This document shows, in pieces, positions 1 to 8,877 of a stretch of DNA of 49,144 bases. The translations under genes and the position numbers were made by a program. The notes under the pieces were generated by a model, which saw nothing but the letters and a program-made list of their open reading frames with translations, was not told the origin of the DNA and searched no databases. The stretch is from Planctomycetota bacterium (lineage in GTDB: Bacteria > Planctomycetota > Planctomycetia > Pirellulales > UBA7805). Where the stretch lies: assembly GCA_036337375.1 (NCBI GenBank), contig JAYZEI010000003.1:1-49144 (forward strand). Direction: 5' to 3'. Position 1 is the first letter of the stretch. The number at the start of each line of letters is the position of its first letter.

Positions 1-1185
1 GCGCATTCCATTGCGAAAGGCGATGTATTTCCAGGGCCCCTGGCGAATCGCCAGGCCCGCCGGCGCCTGGTTGATGGTTGCTTCGCGGAGGGGGCCATCC
101 GCTTTACCCAGCAGACCGGGCAGAATACTGACACTGTCCTCGGCCGCGTTGCCCGGCAAATCCGCCCCGAGGATATCGGCGCAGGTGGCAAAAAGATCGT
201 TGAGGCAAATGACCTCGTGGTTTACCGAACCCGCTTTAATATTACCGGGCCAGCGGGCCACAAAAGGCTCGCGGTGGCCGCCTTCGTAAATACTGCTCTT
301 ATGCTCCCGTAACGGCGGGTAAGTGCGGCCTGCGGCCCCATTGTCCCCGGTGGCGATGAGGAGCGTGTTCTTGTCCTGCCCGTTCCGTTTCAGGGCCTCC
401 ATGATCTGGCCCAGCATATGGTCGCCCTGGTAGACCCAGTCGCCGTATTTGCCTTCCTTGCCCTCCATTCCGCTCTTGCCCACGAATTCCTCCGCCGGCA
501 CGATCGGACTATGGGGAGGGCACATCGGGAAATAGAGGAAGAACGGCTTGTCCTCCTTGCGCCGCTCGTCGAGATACTTCAGGGCCTGCCTGATCATCAT
601 GGGCTGGTTCTCGATGCCCTTCACGTTGGCCACTACCCTGTCCTGCTCGATCACCGTCCCGATGTTGCGGGCATGGGTGAAGCCGTAGAAATAATCGAAG
701 CCGAGGGCGTTCGGGCCATCCGTCATGCGGGCTCCAATCGGCAGCTCATTATCCTTGCCCTGTTTGCCGTCCTCCCAATTCATCCCCAGATGCCACTTAC
801 CGATGCAGGCGGTGTGGTACCCTTTGCCCTTGAGGAAGGAGGCTACCGTGAGACGGGTCTTGGGAATAATGGGAGCAGAGTAGGTTTTTAAAACGCCATA
901 CTGGCCGATTCGGCACGGATAACGGCCGGTCAATACCCCGTAGCGGGTGGGCGTGCAGTTGGCGGCCGCCGAGTGCGCGTCGGTAAACCGCATGCCTTGC
1001 CGGGTCAAACGGTCTATATTCGGGGTCTTAAAGGGAGAATCTGCGCGGTAAGACGGCGGCTGCCCGTAGCCCATGTCATCAAACAATACAAAAACTATAT
1101 TGGGTCTTACGTTTTCTGTATCTGCCAGTCCATCCAACGGTTGGCACAGGAAGCCTACACAGAACAGTATTGTTTGTTTCATCAT
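1..1185 (-). CDS. Arylsulfatase (formylglycine-dependent S1 sulfatase), secreted; 3' end runs off the window
   Basis: Not in the ORF track because it has no stop in the window. Manual translation from ATG 1185: MMKQTILFCVGFL...RPNIVFVLFDDMGYG...TPNIDRL...FTDAHSAAANCTPTRYGVLTGRYP (CxPxR motif). The same frame reads AIRQGPWKYI at the window edge. Confidence 0.93.
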   Translation of the reverse strand, partial: MMKQTILFCVGFLCQPLDGLADTENVRPNIVFVLFDDMGYGQPPSYRADSPFKTPNIDRLTRQGMRFTDAHSAAANCTPTRYGVLTGRYPCRIGQYGVLKTYSAPIIPKTRLTVASFLKGKGYHTACIGKWHLGMNWEDGKQGKDNELPIGARMTDGPNALGFDYFYGFTHARNIGTVIEQDRVVANVKGIENQPMMIRQALKYLDERRKEDKPFFLYFPMCPPHSPIVPAEEFVGKSGMEGKEGKYGDWVYQGDHMLGQIMEALKRNGQDKNTLLIATGDNGAAGRTYPPLREHKSSIYEGGHREPFVARWPGNIKAGSVNHEVICLNDLFATCADILGADLPGNAAEDSVSILPGLLGKADGPLREATINQAPAGLAIRQGPWKYIAFRNGMR

Positions 1186-1201
1186 GATCGCTTGCGAAAT
1201 G

Positions 1202-2695
1202 TCAGTCCTTTGTTTGATCCCACAGACGATAGGGATCGTTGAGCCGTTTCATCTCCGAAAGTAATAAAGCCTCCATTTCCTTTAGCTTACCGGCGTACTT
1301 GGGATCGTTTGCTAAGTTGAGCTGGTTGGCCTTCGGCTTGGCTCCGGATTGCGCCTTCACCTGAGGTGCATGGTTTTGCTCGAGGTACTCGTGGGGGTTT
1401 TCCTTCAGGTTGAAAAGCTGGGTTTCGCGAACCTTGCCATCCATGACGTCGTACTTGATCAACTTCCAGTCACCTTTACGGACCGATCGCATACCCGGCT
1501 TGGTGCCGCCGCAGTAAACGCCATAGAGCACCTCGCGGGTCGTCTCCTGCTGGCCCATGAGAACGGGCTTGAAGCTGATCCCCTCGCAAGTAGCGGGCGG
1601 CTTGAACCCGGCGAGGTCACAGAAAGTGGCCATGACATCGAGCAGATAAACATTTCCGAGTGCCCGACTGCCGGGCTTAATCCCGGGGCCCTTTACGAAT
1701 AGCGGAACTCTCCAGGTATGTTCGTAAAGGTTCTGCTTGCCCTGCAACCCGTGACGGCCGATGGCCATGCCGTGGTCGGAGGTGTAGAAGATGTAGGTGT
1801 TGTCGAGCTCGCCCATGGCTTCCAGCTTTTTGAGTACGCGGCCGACCTGGATATCGATGTTCTCGCCGCAGGCGAACTGGCGGCCGATCTCGTTGCGGAG
1901 CGTGATCTGGTCGCGACGCTCCCAGACCCCGCTGACCGACACCTCATCACGCAAACCGGGATGGCCGTGGTGAAAAGGGTGCTTGGGCAACCAGTTCAGC
2001 GGCAGCTTCGGGGCCTGAGGATTCGCCGGAGGCAAGGACTGGCGATCGCGATGGTTCACCGCCCCGTATTTCTTGAGCAGTTCGGGCGTGCCGTCTCGGG
2101 TGTCATGCGGATGGGAGAAGCCAAAGTAGATAAGGAAGGGATCGGTGTCTCTGGCCTTTTCCCTCGCGTTTAGGTAGTTGATCACCTGCTGGCCGTGCCA
2201 GTGGCTGCCGGACTCCTTCGTGCCGCCGCGCTTGGTGGCGTCATGACGCACCGTGAACTGGGCGTTGGCTCCGTTGTGACTGTTGCCGTTCTTGCAGGTG
2301 CGGATGGTGTCGTAACCGGCCGCGTTGAAGATAGCGGGCAGGCAATTTTCGATCGGATTCTCGATGCCGGACTTTTTCTCTTTTTTCAGGTTCTTTTTTC
2401 CACCGGTTCCCTGCAAGTGCCAAACCGTCCGGCCCGTCATGATCATTTTCCGGGAGGGAGAACACACCGCCCCGGACATGGAGCCCATGTGGTAGGCCTG
2501 ATCAAAGGTCATGCCTTGAGCCACCAGCTTGTCCAAAACCGGAGAGTTCAGTGCCGAGGCGGGGTTGTAGGCCTTGAAATCAAACGGCGACTGATCGTCG
2601 GCGATGATGAAGAGAATGTTCGGCCGTTTCTTCGCCTCGGCCTGCGCCACCATGGGCAGCAAACCGGCCAACAGCATAAGCAATAATTTTTTCAT
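1202..2695 (-). CDS. Sulfatase (S1 family), signal peptide
   Basis: PNILFIIADD, active-site CSPSR..MTGR, YTSDHG, GKQNLYE, GDWKLI; Sec signal MKKLLLMLLAGLLPMVAQA. Confidence 0.93.
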   Translation of the reverse strand: MKKLLLMLLAGLLPMVAQAEAKKRPNILFIIADDQSPFDFKAYNPASALNSPVLDKLVAQGMTFDQAYHMGSMSGAVCSPSRKMIMTGRTVWHLQGTGGKKNLKKEKKSGIENPIENCLPAIFNAAGYDTIRTCKNGNSHNGANAQFTVRHDATKRGGTKESGSHWHGQQVINYLNAREKARDTDPFLIYFGFSHPHDTRDGTPELLKKYGAVNHRDRQSLPPANPQAPKLPLNWLPKHPFHHGHPGLRDEVSVSGVWERRDQITLRNEIGRQFACGENIDIQVGRVLKKLEAMGELDNTYIFYTSDHGMAIGRHGLQGKQNLYEHTWRVPLFVKGPGIKPGSRALGNVYLLDVMATFCDLAGFKPPATCEGISFKPVLMGQQETTREVLYGVYCGGTKPGMRSVRKGDWKLIKYDVMDGKVRETQLFNLKENPHEYLEQNHAPQVKAQSGAKPKANQLNLANDPKYAGKLKEMEALLLSEMKRLNDPYRLWDQTKD

Positions 2696-4293
2696 GGATT
2701 TTTCTTTGGCTTCTTCGGCGGCTTGTTCTTGTTTCTTTCCCGAATGATTGGCACGGGTAAACCGTCATCGGGCTGATTCCAAAAACGGTAGGGATCGTCA
2801 TGGCGGCGCATCTCGGTCAGCAGCAGGGCCTCCATTTCCTTGAGCTTTGCGACATATTTCGGGTTGCCCGCCAGATTCAACTGATTTGGGGTCGGCTTGA
2901 TGCCGGTCAGCGCAACCAGCTTGGGATCATGATGCTGCTTGAGGAACTCGTGCGGGTTTTCTTTCAGGTTGAAGAGCTGGGTGTGCCGGACCCCGGTCTT
3001 CTCCACCTGGTACTTCGTCAATTTCCAGTCGCCCTGTCTGACACAGCGGGTCCCCGGCCGGCCACCGCCGCAGTAGACACCGTAAAGGGCATCCCGTACC
3101 GCATCCCTTTCCCCCTCGAGCACAGGCTTGAAGCTGCTGCCTTCCGATGTGGCGGGGGCTCGAATGCCGGACAGATCACAAAGCGTAGCCAGGACATCGA
3201 GCAGATAAATATTCCCCTTTGCCCGCGACCCGGCCTTGATGCCCGGGCCCTTCACGATAAACGGAATGCGCCAGGTGTGATCATACATGTTCTGCTTTCC
3301 CTGCAGACCGTGGCGGCCAATCGCCATGCCGTGGTCAGCGGTGTAAAAAATATAGGTGTTATCCAGTTCCCCCATCGCCTCGAGTTTCTTGATCACACGA
3401 CCGATTTGGATGTCGATATTCTCACTGCAGGCAAACTGCCGGCCGATCTCGTTGCGGATGGTGCGTTCATCGCGCCGGGCCCAAACGCCCTTCACCCCCA
3501 CTTCATCACGCACACCGGTGTGACCGTGGTCGAAAGGATGTTCCGGCAGATAATTGACGGGCAGCGCAGGCTGCTTGGCGTTGGCGGGCGGGATGGTTGC
3601 TTTGTCCGCATGATTGACGGCCCCGTACTTGGCGAGTAGTTCGGGTTTACCGTCGCGCGTGTCGTGTGGATGAGAAAACCCGAAATAGATCAGAAACGGA
3701 TCGGTGTCCTTCGTTGCTTCGCGTTCGTTGAGATAATCCAGAACTTGTTCGGCGTGCCAGTGGCTGCCCTTCTCATCGGTGCCGCCTCGGCGGGTGCCGT
3801 CGTGGCGCACCTGGAAAAGTTTGTTGGCGGCATCGTAGCTATTACCATTTTTACAGGTGCGCATGGTGTCGTAACCTGCCCGGTTAAAAACTGCCGGCAG
3901 CGTGTACTTAACCAGATCCGTCGGAACCATTTTAGGGTTGGTCACGTGCGGATTCATGATCCGCCCGGGCTTGTCAGGAATATGCCAGACCGTACGACCG
4001 CTCATGATCATGTGCCGCGAGGCCGTGCACACGCCACCCACCCATGGGCCCATCTGGTACGCGCCGTCAATGACCATTCCTCTCGCCGCCAGCTGGTCGA
4101 TGTTTGGCGACCGGAGTTCCGATTTCGGGTTGTAGATCTTCAGGTCAAACGGTGACTGGTCATCCGCAATAATGAAAAGAATGTTGGGGCGGTCGTCATT
4201 CGCATTTGCCGTATGAAGGGTGCCGAAAAAGCTTAGCAGCGAAAAAATTATCGCCGTCATTTTATTGAAGTGAGCGAGTGACGTGTTCGCCAT
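2692..4293 (-). CDS. Sulfatase (S1 family), paralog of the adjacent gene
   Basis: PNILFIIADD, active-site CTASR..MSGR, YTADHG; N-terminal signal peptide; AGGA RBS; stop overlaps the next start (ATGA). Confidence 0.93.
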   Translation of the reverse strand: MANTSLAHFNKMTAIIFSLLSFFGTLHTANANDDRPNILFIIADDQSPFDLKIYNPKSELRSPNIDQLAARGMVIDGAYQMGPWVGGVCTASRHMIMSGRTVWHIPDKPGRIMNPHVTNPKMVPTDLVKYTLPAVFNRAGYDTMRTCKNGNSYDAANKLFQVRHDGTRRGGTDEKGSHWHAEQVLDYLNEREATKDTDPFLIYFGFSHPHDTRDGKPELLAKYGAVNHADKATIPPANAKQPALPVNYLPEHPFDHGHTGVRDEVGVKGVWARRDERTIRNEIGRQFACSENIDIQIGRVIKKLEAMGELDNTYIFYTADHGMAIGRHGLQGKQNMYDHTWRIPFIVKGPGIKAGSRAKGNIYLLDVLATLCDLSGIRAPATSEGSSFKPVLEGERDAVRDALYGVYCGGGRPGTRCVRQGDWKLTKYQVEKTGVRHTQLFNLKENPHEFLKQHHDPKLVALTGIKPTPNQLNLAGNPKYVAKLKEMEALLLTEMRRHDDPYRFWNQPDDGLPVPIIRERNKNKPPKKPKKNP

Positions 4294-4708
4294 AAGATGT
4301 ATTCCTGAAACCAGGGGGGAGATGTCGTCTCAAACGATAATGTCCAACGCTTTACGCCGGGCCGCTGACCGTTTCAAGACAGGCCGTTTATCTTTGCGGT
4401 AGCCGATCAACCGTGCTCCGAAGTCGGCGTCGCCTTCCAACATTATATCCGGTCAAAAACTTGCAGGCGTGTCTTTGGGGGGCAATGTTCAATTCGAAGA
4501 CTTGTTCCGCTGCCGCGAAGCGGATTTTTCGATCTGGAAATCGGACAGTGGCTCCCGGTAACGGAACCACAGAGTCGGCGGCCGTTAGATTTTTCCGCCG
4601 TTTCCACGGTATTTGGCCATCGCGCAGCGACCCTGTGCGAGGGCGAACGGCGGGCGGTATCGACACCTCGAATCGCGAGGAGCACGACAACCGCCGGTTA
4701 TCGTTTTG

Positions 4709-4939
4709 TTATCGAGCGTGATAGCATTCGCGACTGCCGACACAATTGCAGCGATCGACCGGCGCATCGTCCGGGCCGACAATGTGCTGCGTGAGGTTGC
4801 ACCAGCAATAATGGCTTCCAGCTTCGTCGAGATGCGATGGATTCAGGTCGCCGGTGACATACATCGCCTTACTGCGCAAATGAACGCAGGCGGGCCCGGC
4901 AGTCACATCACTTTCGTTTACGGTCCGCTGGTAACTCAT
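4709..4939 (-). CDS. Small Cys-rich hypothetical protein (76 aa), fourth gene of the molybdoenzyme operon
   Basis: ATG overlaps the TGA of the FAD subunit (ATGA at 4936-4939) with GGAG upstream; six Cys in the pattern CxHLRSK...CWC...GPD...CxC...C. Confidence 0.7.
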   Translation of the reverse strand: MSYQRTVNESDVTAGPACVHLRSKAMYVTGDLNPSHLDEAGSHYCWCNLTQHIVGPDDAPVDRCNCVGSRECYHAR

Positions 4940-5934
4940 GCGTAGACTCCTCCCGTTGGCGCGGTGGTAGCTTGCAGCAATGCACGTTTTACGGCGACTT
5001 TTGCCAACTGTACTTTGTATTCATTTTGGGAAAGCGGCGCTGCGGCGGATACCGCCGCTAGGCCTGCGGCCTCGGCCGTCGACTCGTTGATCGGCTGACC
5101 GACGATATCTTGTGTTGCTTCCGACGAAACCCAAGGTATCGGCGCGACTTGACCGAGTACGATTTTGGCCCGCTCAACCAGGCCGCCGCGAAGCGAAACA
5201 GCCACCGCCGCTGCAGCGAGCGGATCGTCCTGTCCTTGGCCATGGTGAACTTCGTAGGTTGCGCTGATCACGGTCGGCGAACTGGGAATCACAATCGCCG
5301 TCACCACCTGGTTCCGCTTGAGCACGTTTTCGCGTTGCCCTTCACGGCGTGGGGTTTGATACAACTCTTCGAGCGATATCTGTCGCTGGTCGGTCGTTTT
5401 GGGGCCGGCGATACGGACTTCAGTACCCAGCGCGACCAACGCCGGTGCGAGTCGCGACGCGTTGACGAACTTTGCGGGGCCGCTGTTTCCAAGAATCGCG
5501 TGAAAACGATTGTCGCCGTCCACAACCATCCGGCCGTTTTCCGCCAACAGTCCGTGGCCGTCGCGAAAATACCAACATCGCGGCCGCCGGCACAATTCGC
5601 CAGCCAGCGTACTTTGCGATGGGAACTGGATATTTGCCGTGCCGTCGATCGCCTGCCGCAAGGCGTCGAACGGTTCGGTCAGCGGGCAGTCTCGGATTTC
5701 GTCCAATCGCACCGCCGCGCCGATAACGAGGTTGCCCGCTTCGTCGGTGTCGATGCCTTGCATTTCTGCGACGTCGTTGACGTTAACCACAAACTGCGGT
5801 GTAACGATCATCTGCTTCATCAGGCCGATCAAATCCGTGCCGCCGGCGAGCAGCTCGGTCTTGTCCGACTCGGCCGACAATAGATCGAGAAGTTCGTCAA
5901 GGTTGTCGGGTTGTGCGTAGTCGAAGTTGTTCAT
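4936..5934 (-). CDS. Xanthine dehydrogenase/aldehyde oxidoreductase family FAD-binding subunit (PaoB/YagS-like)
   Basis: AGGTDL FAD motif, RPRCWYFR, NRFHAILG, LGQVAPIPW, PLSQNEYKV. Confidence 0.93.
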   Translation of the reverse strand: MNNFDYAQPDNLDELLDLLSAESDKTELLAGGTDLIGLMKQMIVTPQFVVNVNDVAEMQGIDTDEAGNLVIGAAVRLDEIRDCPLTEPFDALRQAIDGTANIQFPSQSTLAGELCRRPRCWYFRDGHGLLAENGRMVVDGDNRFHAILGNSGPAKFVNASRLAPALVALGTEVRIAGPKTTDQRQISLEELYQTPRREGQRENVLKRNQVVTAIVIPSSPTVISATYEVHHGQGQDDPLAAAAVAVSLRGGLVERAKIVLGQVAPIPWVSSEATQDIVGQPINESTAEAAGLAAVSAAAPLSQNEYKVQLAKVAVKRALLQATTAPTGGVYA

Positions 5935-5970
5935 AGCTGGTTCCTTTTTAACCGTTCGGGGGTTACGTCT

Positions 5971-6010
5971 TTCACCCCTCCCCGGCCCTCCTCATCAAAA
6001 GAGGAGAGAG
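5971..6010. repeat. REP-like palindromic intergenic element
   Basis: TTCACCCCTCCCCGGCCCTCCTC-atcaaaa-GAGGAG hairpin; a related copy lies on the opposite strand near 43465-43502. Confidence 0.55.
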
Positions 6011-6017
6011 ATCAAAA

Positions 6018-8231
6018 TTAGGCATTTTTTAGCGTGTCCAGGACCCGCTTTGGCGTTAATGGCAAAACGGGAACGCGGACGCCGAGGGCGTTACAGACGG
6101 CGTTCGAAATCGCCGCGCCGGTACCGATTACCGGCGGCTCGCCGAGTCCGATGACGCCGCGGGCCCGCTGGCTTTCGGGTTCGTATAGCTCCACAACGAT
6201 GTCGCCGATATCGCCCAGGCGAGGCAGTTTGTAATCGGATAATTCCGCGTTCACAAACGCGCCGGTTTTGGGATCCATGATTCTTTCTTCGAACAGGCTG
6301 TAGGCAATCCCCATAATCACGGCGCCATAAACCTGGCTGGCCGCGGACTTGCGATTGATGATCAACCCCATGTCCTGAACGGCGACGACTGTCTTAATCA
6401 TGACTTGGCCGGTTTCCTTATCGACCGCGACGTGCGCCATTTGCACGCCGCCGACGCCTTCGTCGGAAAGTGGAGATTTCGCGCCACGGCGATGGCTGGC
6501 TGTGGTTTCCAGCGGGTTCATTCCAAGCAGCCCGCAGGCTCCTTTCCAACTGAGGCCCTGCTTTGCGTTTCCGCGGACTTGAATCCGGCCGCCGGTTGCT
6601 TCCAGCGACGCGGCATCCACGCCGAGTTTCGTCGCCACCAGCCCGAACAAATGCGAGGTGGCGTCTTGTGCCGCGCGGCGATGCGATTCGGCAACGGCTC
6701 CGACGGTGGTACTCCCGCCCGAAGCACCGCTGAAGGGGTACTTCGACGAACCGATGTTTACTTTGATGTGACCGACCGGCAAACCGAGAGTCTCGGCCAG
6801 AACCATCGCGCAGACGGTCTTTGTTCCTGTGCCTAGATCCTGCGTCCCGCAGTAGGCTTCAACCCCGCCGTCGGGATGAATCTTCAGCAGGCACGTCGAC
6901 GAATTCGCCACCCCGCCCCACTCGTGGATGGCCATCCCCAGTCCGTCGACAACCGAGCCTTTTTTAGGCCCCTTGCCGTGTGGATGCCATTTGGCCTGCC
7001 AATCGATCAGTTTGGCGGCAACTGCCATTTCGTCCGCATAAACCTCAGCCGTTTGCCGCGACTCGATGTTGACCAGGTTTTTGCGAAAGATATCGTAGCT
7101 GTTCGCGCCCATTTCTGCGGCTAGGTCGTCGTACGCCGTCTGGCTAATCGCGCAGGCTTGTGGGTGGTTGGGCGCCCGCCAAGCGCGGGCAGGATCGGCA
7201 TTGACTTTGACCGCAGTCGAACGCCGCCGATAATTCTTCGGGCGATACACATACGGGATCACTCTGTCACTGACTCCGCCGCCCGTAAACCCGGAACTTC
7301 CCCACTGGTGTGAATCCCAAACCTGAACAATGCCCTTCTCGTCGGCGCCGAGTTTTACCCGGATAAAACCGGACGGCCGATTGCCGGCGATTTTCAGTTC
7401 CTGGTCGCGATCCAGCATGAATTTGACGGGACGGCCGGTCTTCTTGGCGATTTCCGCCGCGGCAATTCCCCAGTAGTCGGGCCGAAATTTGCTGCCAAAT
7501 CCGCCACCGACGTACTCGCAGTGGACATCTACTTCGTCGGCCGTTATCCCCAGCGCGTCGGCGAAGCCGTCGTCGGTGCGGGAGACATTTTGGGTGGACA
7601 ACTCAACTTCTAACCGGTTGCCGTTCCAACGCAGCGTCGAACCATGCGGTTCCAGACAGCAGTGTGTGATCGCCTGAATGCCATATTCGGCCTCGACCAC
7701 GTGCTTGGAGGCTTTCAGCAGCCGCGAAATCTCCTTTTCTTCGAATTCGTCCTCGTCCTCGTCGTCACCCGGTTCGCGTTCCAGCTCAGTTTTGCCACCG
7801 GCCTTCTGGGTGCGGCCGGCCTTCGTTGCGGCATTCAGGTTTTCCTCTTTAACGAAAACGTCCAACAGTTCGTATTCGACCTTCAACGCTGCAACGCCGG
7901 CGGCGGCAGCGCCTTCGGATTCGGCCGCGACGGCCGCCAGCAACTCACCTTGGAAGTGAATTTCGGGCAGCTTCTCGCCCTTGGGTTCGCGGAGGACGTG
8001 GACGCAGACGACACCGGGAACTTTTTCGGCGGCGGCGGCGTCGATCGACTTAATTCGGCAATGCGCGTGGGGGCTGTCGAGCGACTTCACAATCAGCTGA
8101 TTTTCAAAGTTCACGTCGTAGGTGTACTTGGCGGCACCGGTCGCTTTATCCAGACCGTCCAGCCGATCGAGTGATTTGCCAATGACTTTGGCGTTCTTTG
8201 CGGAAGGCCAGTTGTATTGAGCTTCAGCCAT
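6018..8231 (-). CDS. Xanthine dehydrogenase family molybdopterin-binding subunit (PaoC/YagR-like)
   Basis: KATGAAKY, LEPHG, GGGFGSK, RAP, QDLGTGT, SGGSTT and the catalytic-Glu motif GLGEPP. Confidence 0.95.
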   Translation of the reverse strand: MAEAQYNWPSAKNAKVIGKSLDRLDGLDKATGAAKYTYDVNFENQLIVKSLDSPHAHCRIKSIDAAAAEKVPGVVCVHVLREPKGEKLPEIHFQGELLAAVAAESEGAAAAGVAALKVEYELLDVFVKEENLNAATKAGRTQKAGGKTELEREPGDDEDEDEFEEKEISRLLKASKHVVEAEYGIQAITHCCLEPHGSTLRWNGNRLEVELSTQNVSRTDDGFADALGITADEVDVHCEYVGGGFGSKFRPDYWGIAAAEIAKKTGRPVKFMLDRDQELKIAGNRPSGFIRVKLGADEKGIVQVWDSHQWGSSGFTGGGVSDRVIPYVYRPKNYRRRSTAVKVNADPARAWRAPNHPQACAISQTAYDDLAAEMGANSYDIFRKNLVNIESRQTAEVYADEMAVAAKLIDWQAKWHPHGKGPKKGSVVDGLGMAIHEWGGVANSSTCLLKIHPDGGVEAYCGTQDLGTGTKTVCAMVLAETLGLPVGHIKVNIGSSKYPFSGASGGSTTVGAVAESHRRAAQDATSHLFGLVATKLGVDAASLEATGGRIQVRGNAKQGLSWKGACGLLGMNPLETTASHRRGAKSPLSDEGVGGVQMAHVAVDKETGQVMIKTVVAVQDMGLIINRKSAASQVYGAVIMGIAYSLFEERIMDPKTGAFVNAELSDYKLPRLGDIGDIVVELYEPESQRARGVIGLGEPPVIGTGAAISNAVCNALGVRVPVLPLTPKRVLDTLKNA

Positions 8232-8838
8232 TTCGGCCTCCTTTCACAATCGACGTAGCAGCTTGGATGACGTTCGCGTATGTCCCGCACCGACAGATAT
8301 TACCGTTGAGTCCGCGGCGTATCTCGGCTTCCGATGCTTTGGGATGCTTGCTCAAGAAAGCTCGCACAGCGAGGACGAAGCCTGGCGTGCAGAAGCCGCA
8401 TTGTTCGGCGTCATGCTGGACAAATGCCTGCGGGATGGCGTCGGGTTTATCGCCGCCGAGGCTCTCGACGGTTTCAATCTCCTTGCCGCGTGCCGCCAGT
8501 GCCAAGGTCGTTGAGGCCATAATCGGCTTGCCACCAACCAGCACGGTACTCGCGCCGCTGCTGCCGTCGCTGCTGACGGGTTTCGCGCCCGTCAGTTCGA
8601 GTTGATATCGCAAAACTTCAAGCAGCGTCGTTCGCGGCTCAACGGTAACGCGGTGCGATTTACCGTTGATGGTCAGCGAAATGGTCGTCGCGCCGCTAAT
8701 TACCTTTTTCGCGCCTTTCTCTTCCGCCATAGCTTCGGCGGTGGCGGTTCCCAGCGCGGTGGCGGCTGCCGCTGCGCTGGACCCTTTGAGAAATTCACGG
8801 CGAGAGAAGCCAGACCCGTTTTCGGATGTGCCTGCCAT
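8224..8838 (-). CDS. Fe-S subunit of the molybdoenzyme (PaoA/YagT-like), Tat signal; first [2Fe-2S] motif degenerate
   Basis: Tat motif SRREFLK; EPRTTLL..LR; intact QCGFC...CRC; N-terminal cluster motif reads SSDGSSGAS. Confidence 0.93.
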   Translation of the reverse strand: MAGTSENGSGFSRREFLKGSSAAAAATALGTATAEAMAEEKGAKKVISGATTISLTINGKSHRVTVEPRTTLLEVLRYQLELTGAKPVSSDGSSGASTVLVGGKPIMASTTLALAARGKEIETVESLGGDKPDAIPQAFVQHDAEQCGFCTPGFVLAVRAFLSKHPKASEAEIRRGLNGNICRCGTYANVIQAATSIVKGGRNG

Positions 8839-8877
8839 GAGAAAATCCTTCCTGCAAAGAACCGATTGCGCCGGTGA

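Noticed and set aside
1-4293. Possible horizontal origin of the sulfatase block
   Set aside because: Only an impression of different codon usage; no mobility genes or boundary repeats, and I cannot compute composition here
4294-4708. Overlapping short ORFs, or an attC-like GTTGGAC core, in the gap before the sulfatases
   Set aside because: The ORFs lack RBS and recognisable motifs; no matching inverse core or attC stem; most likely a promoter region (TATAAT at 4443-4448, minus strand)
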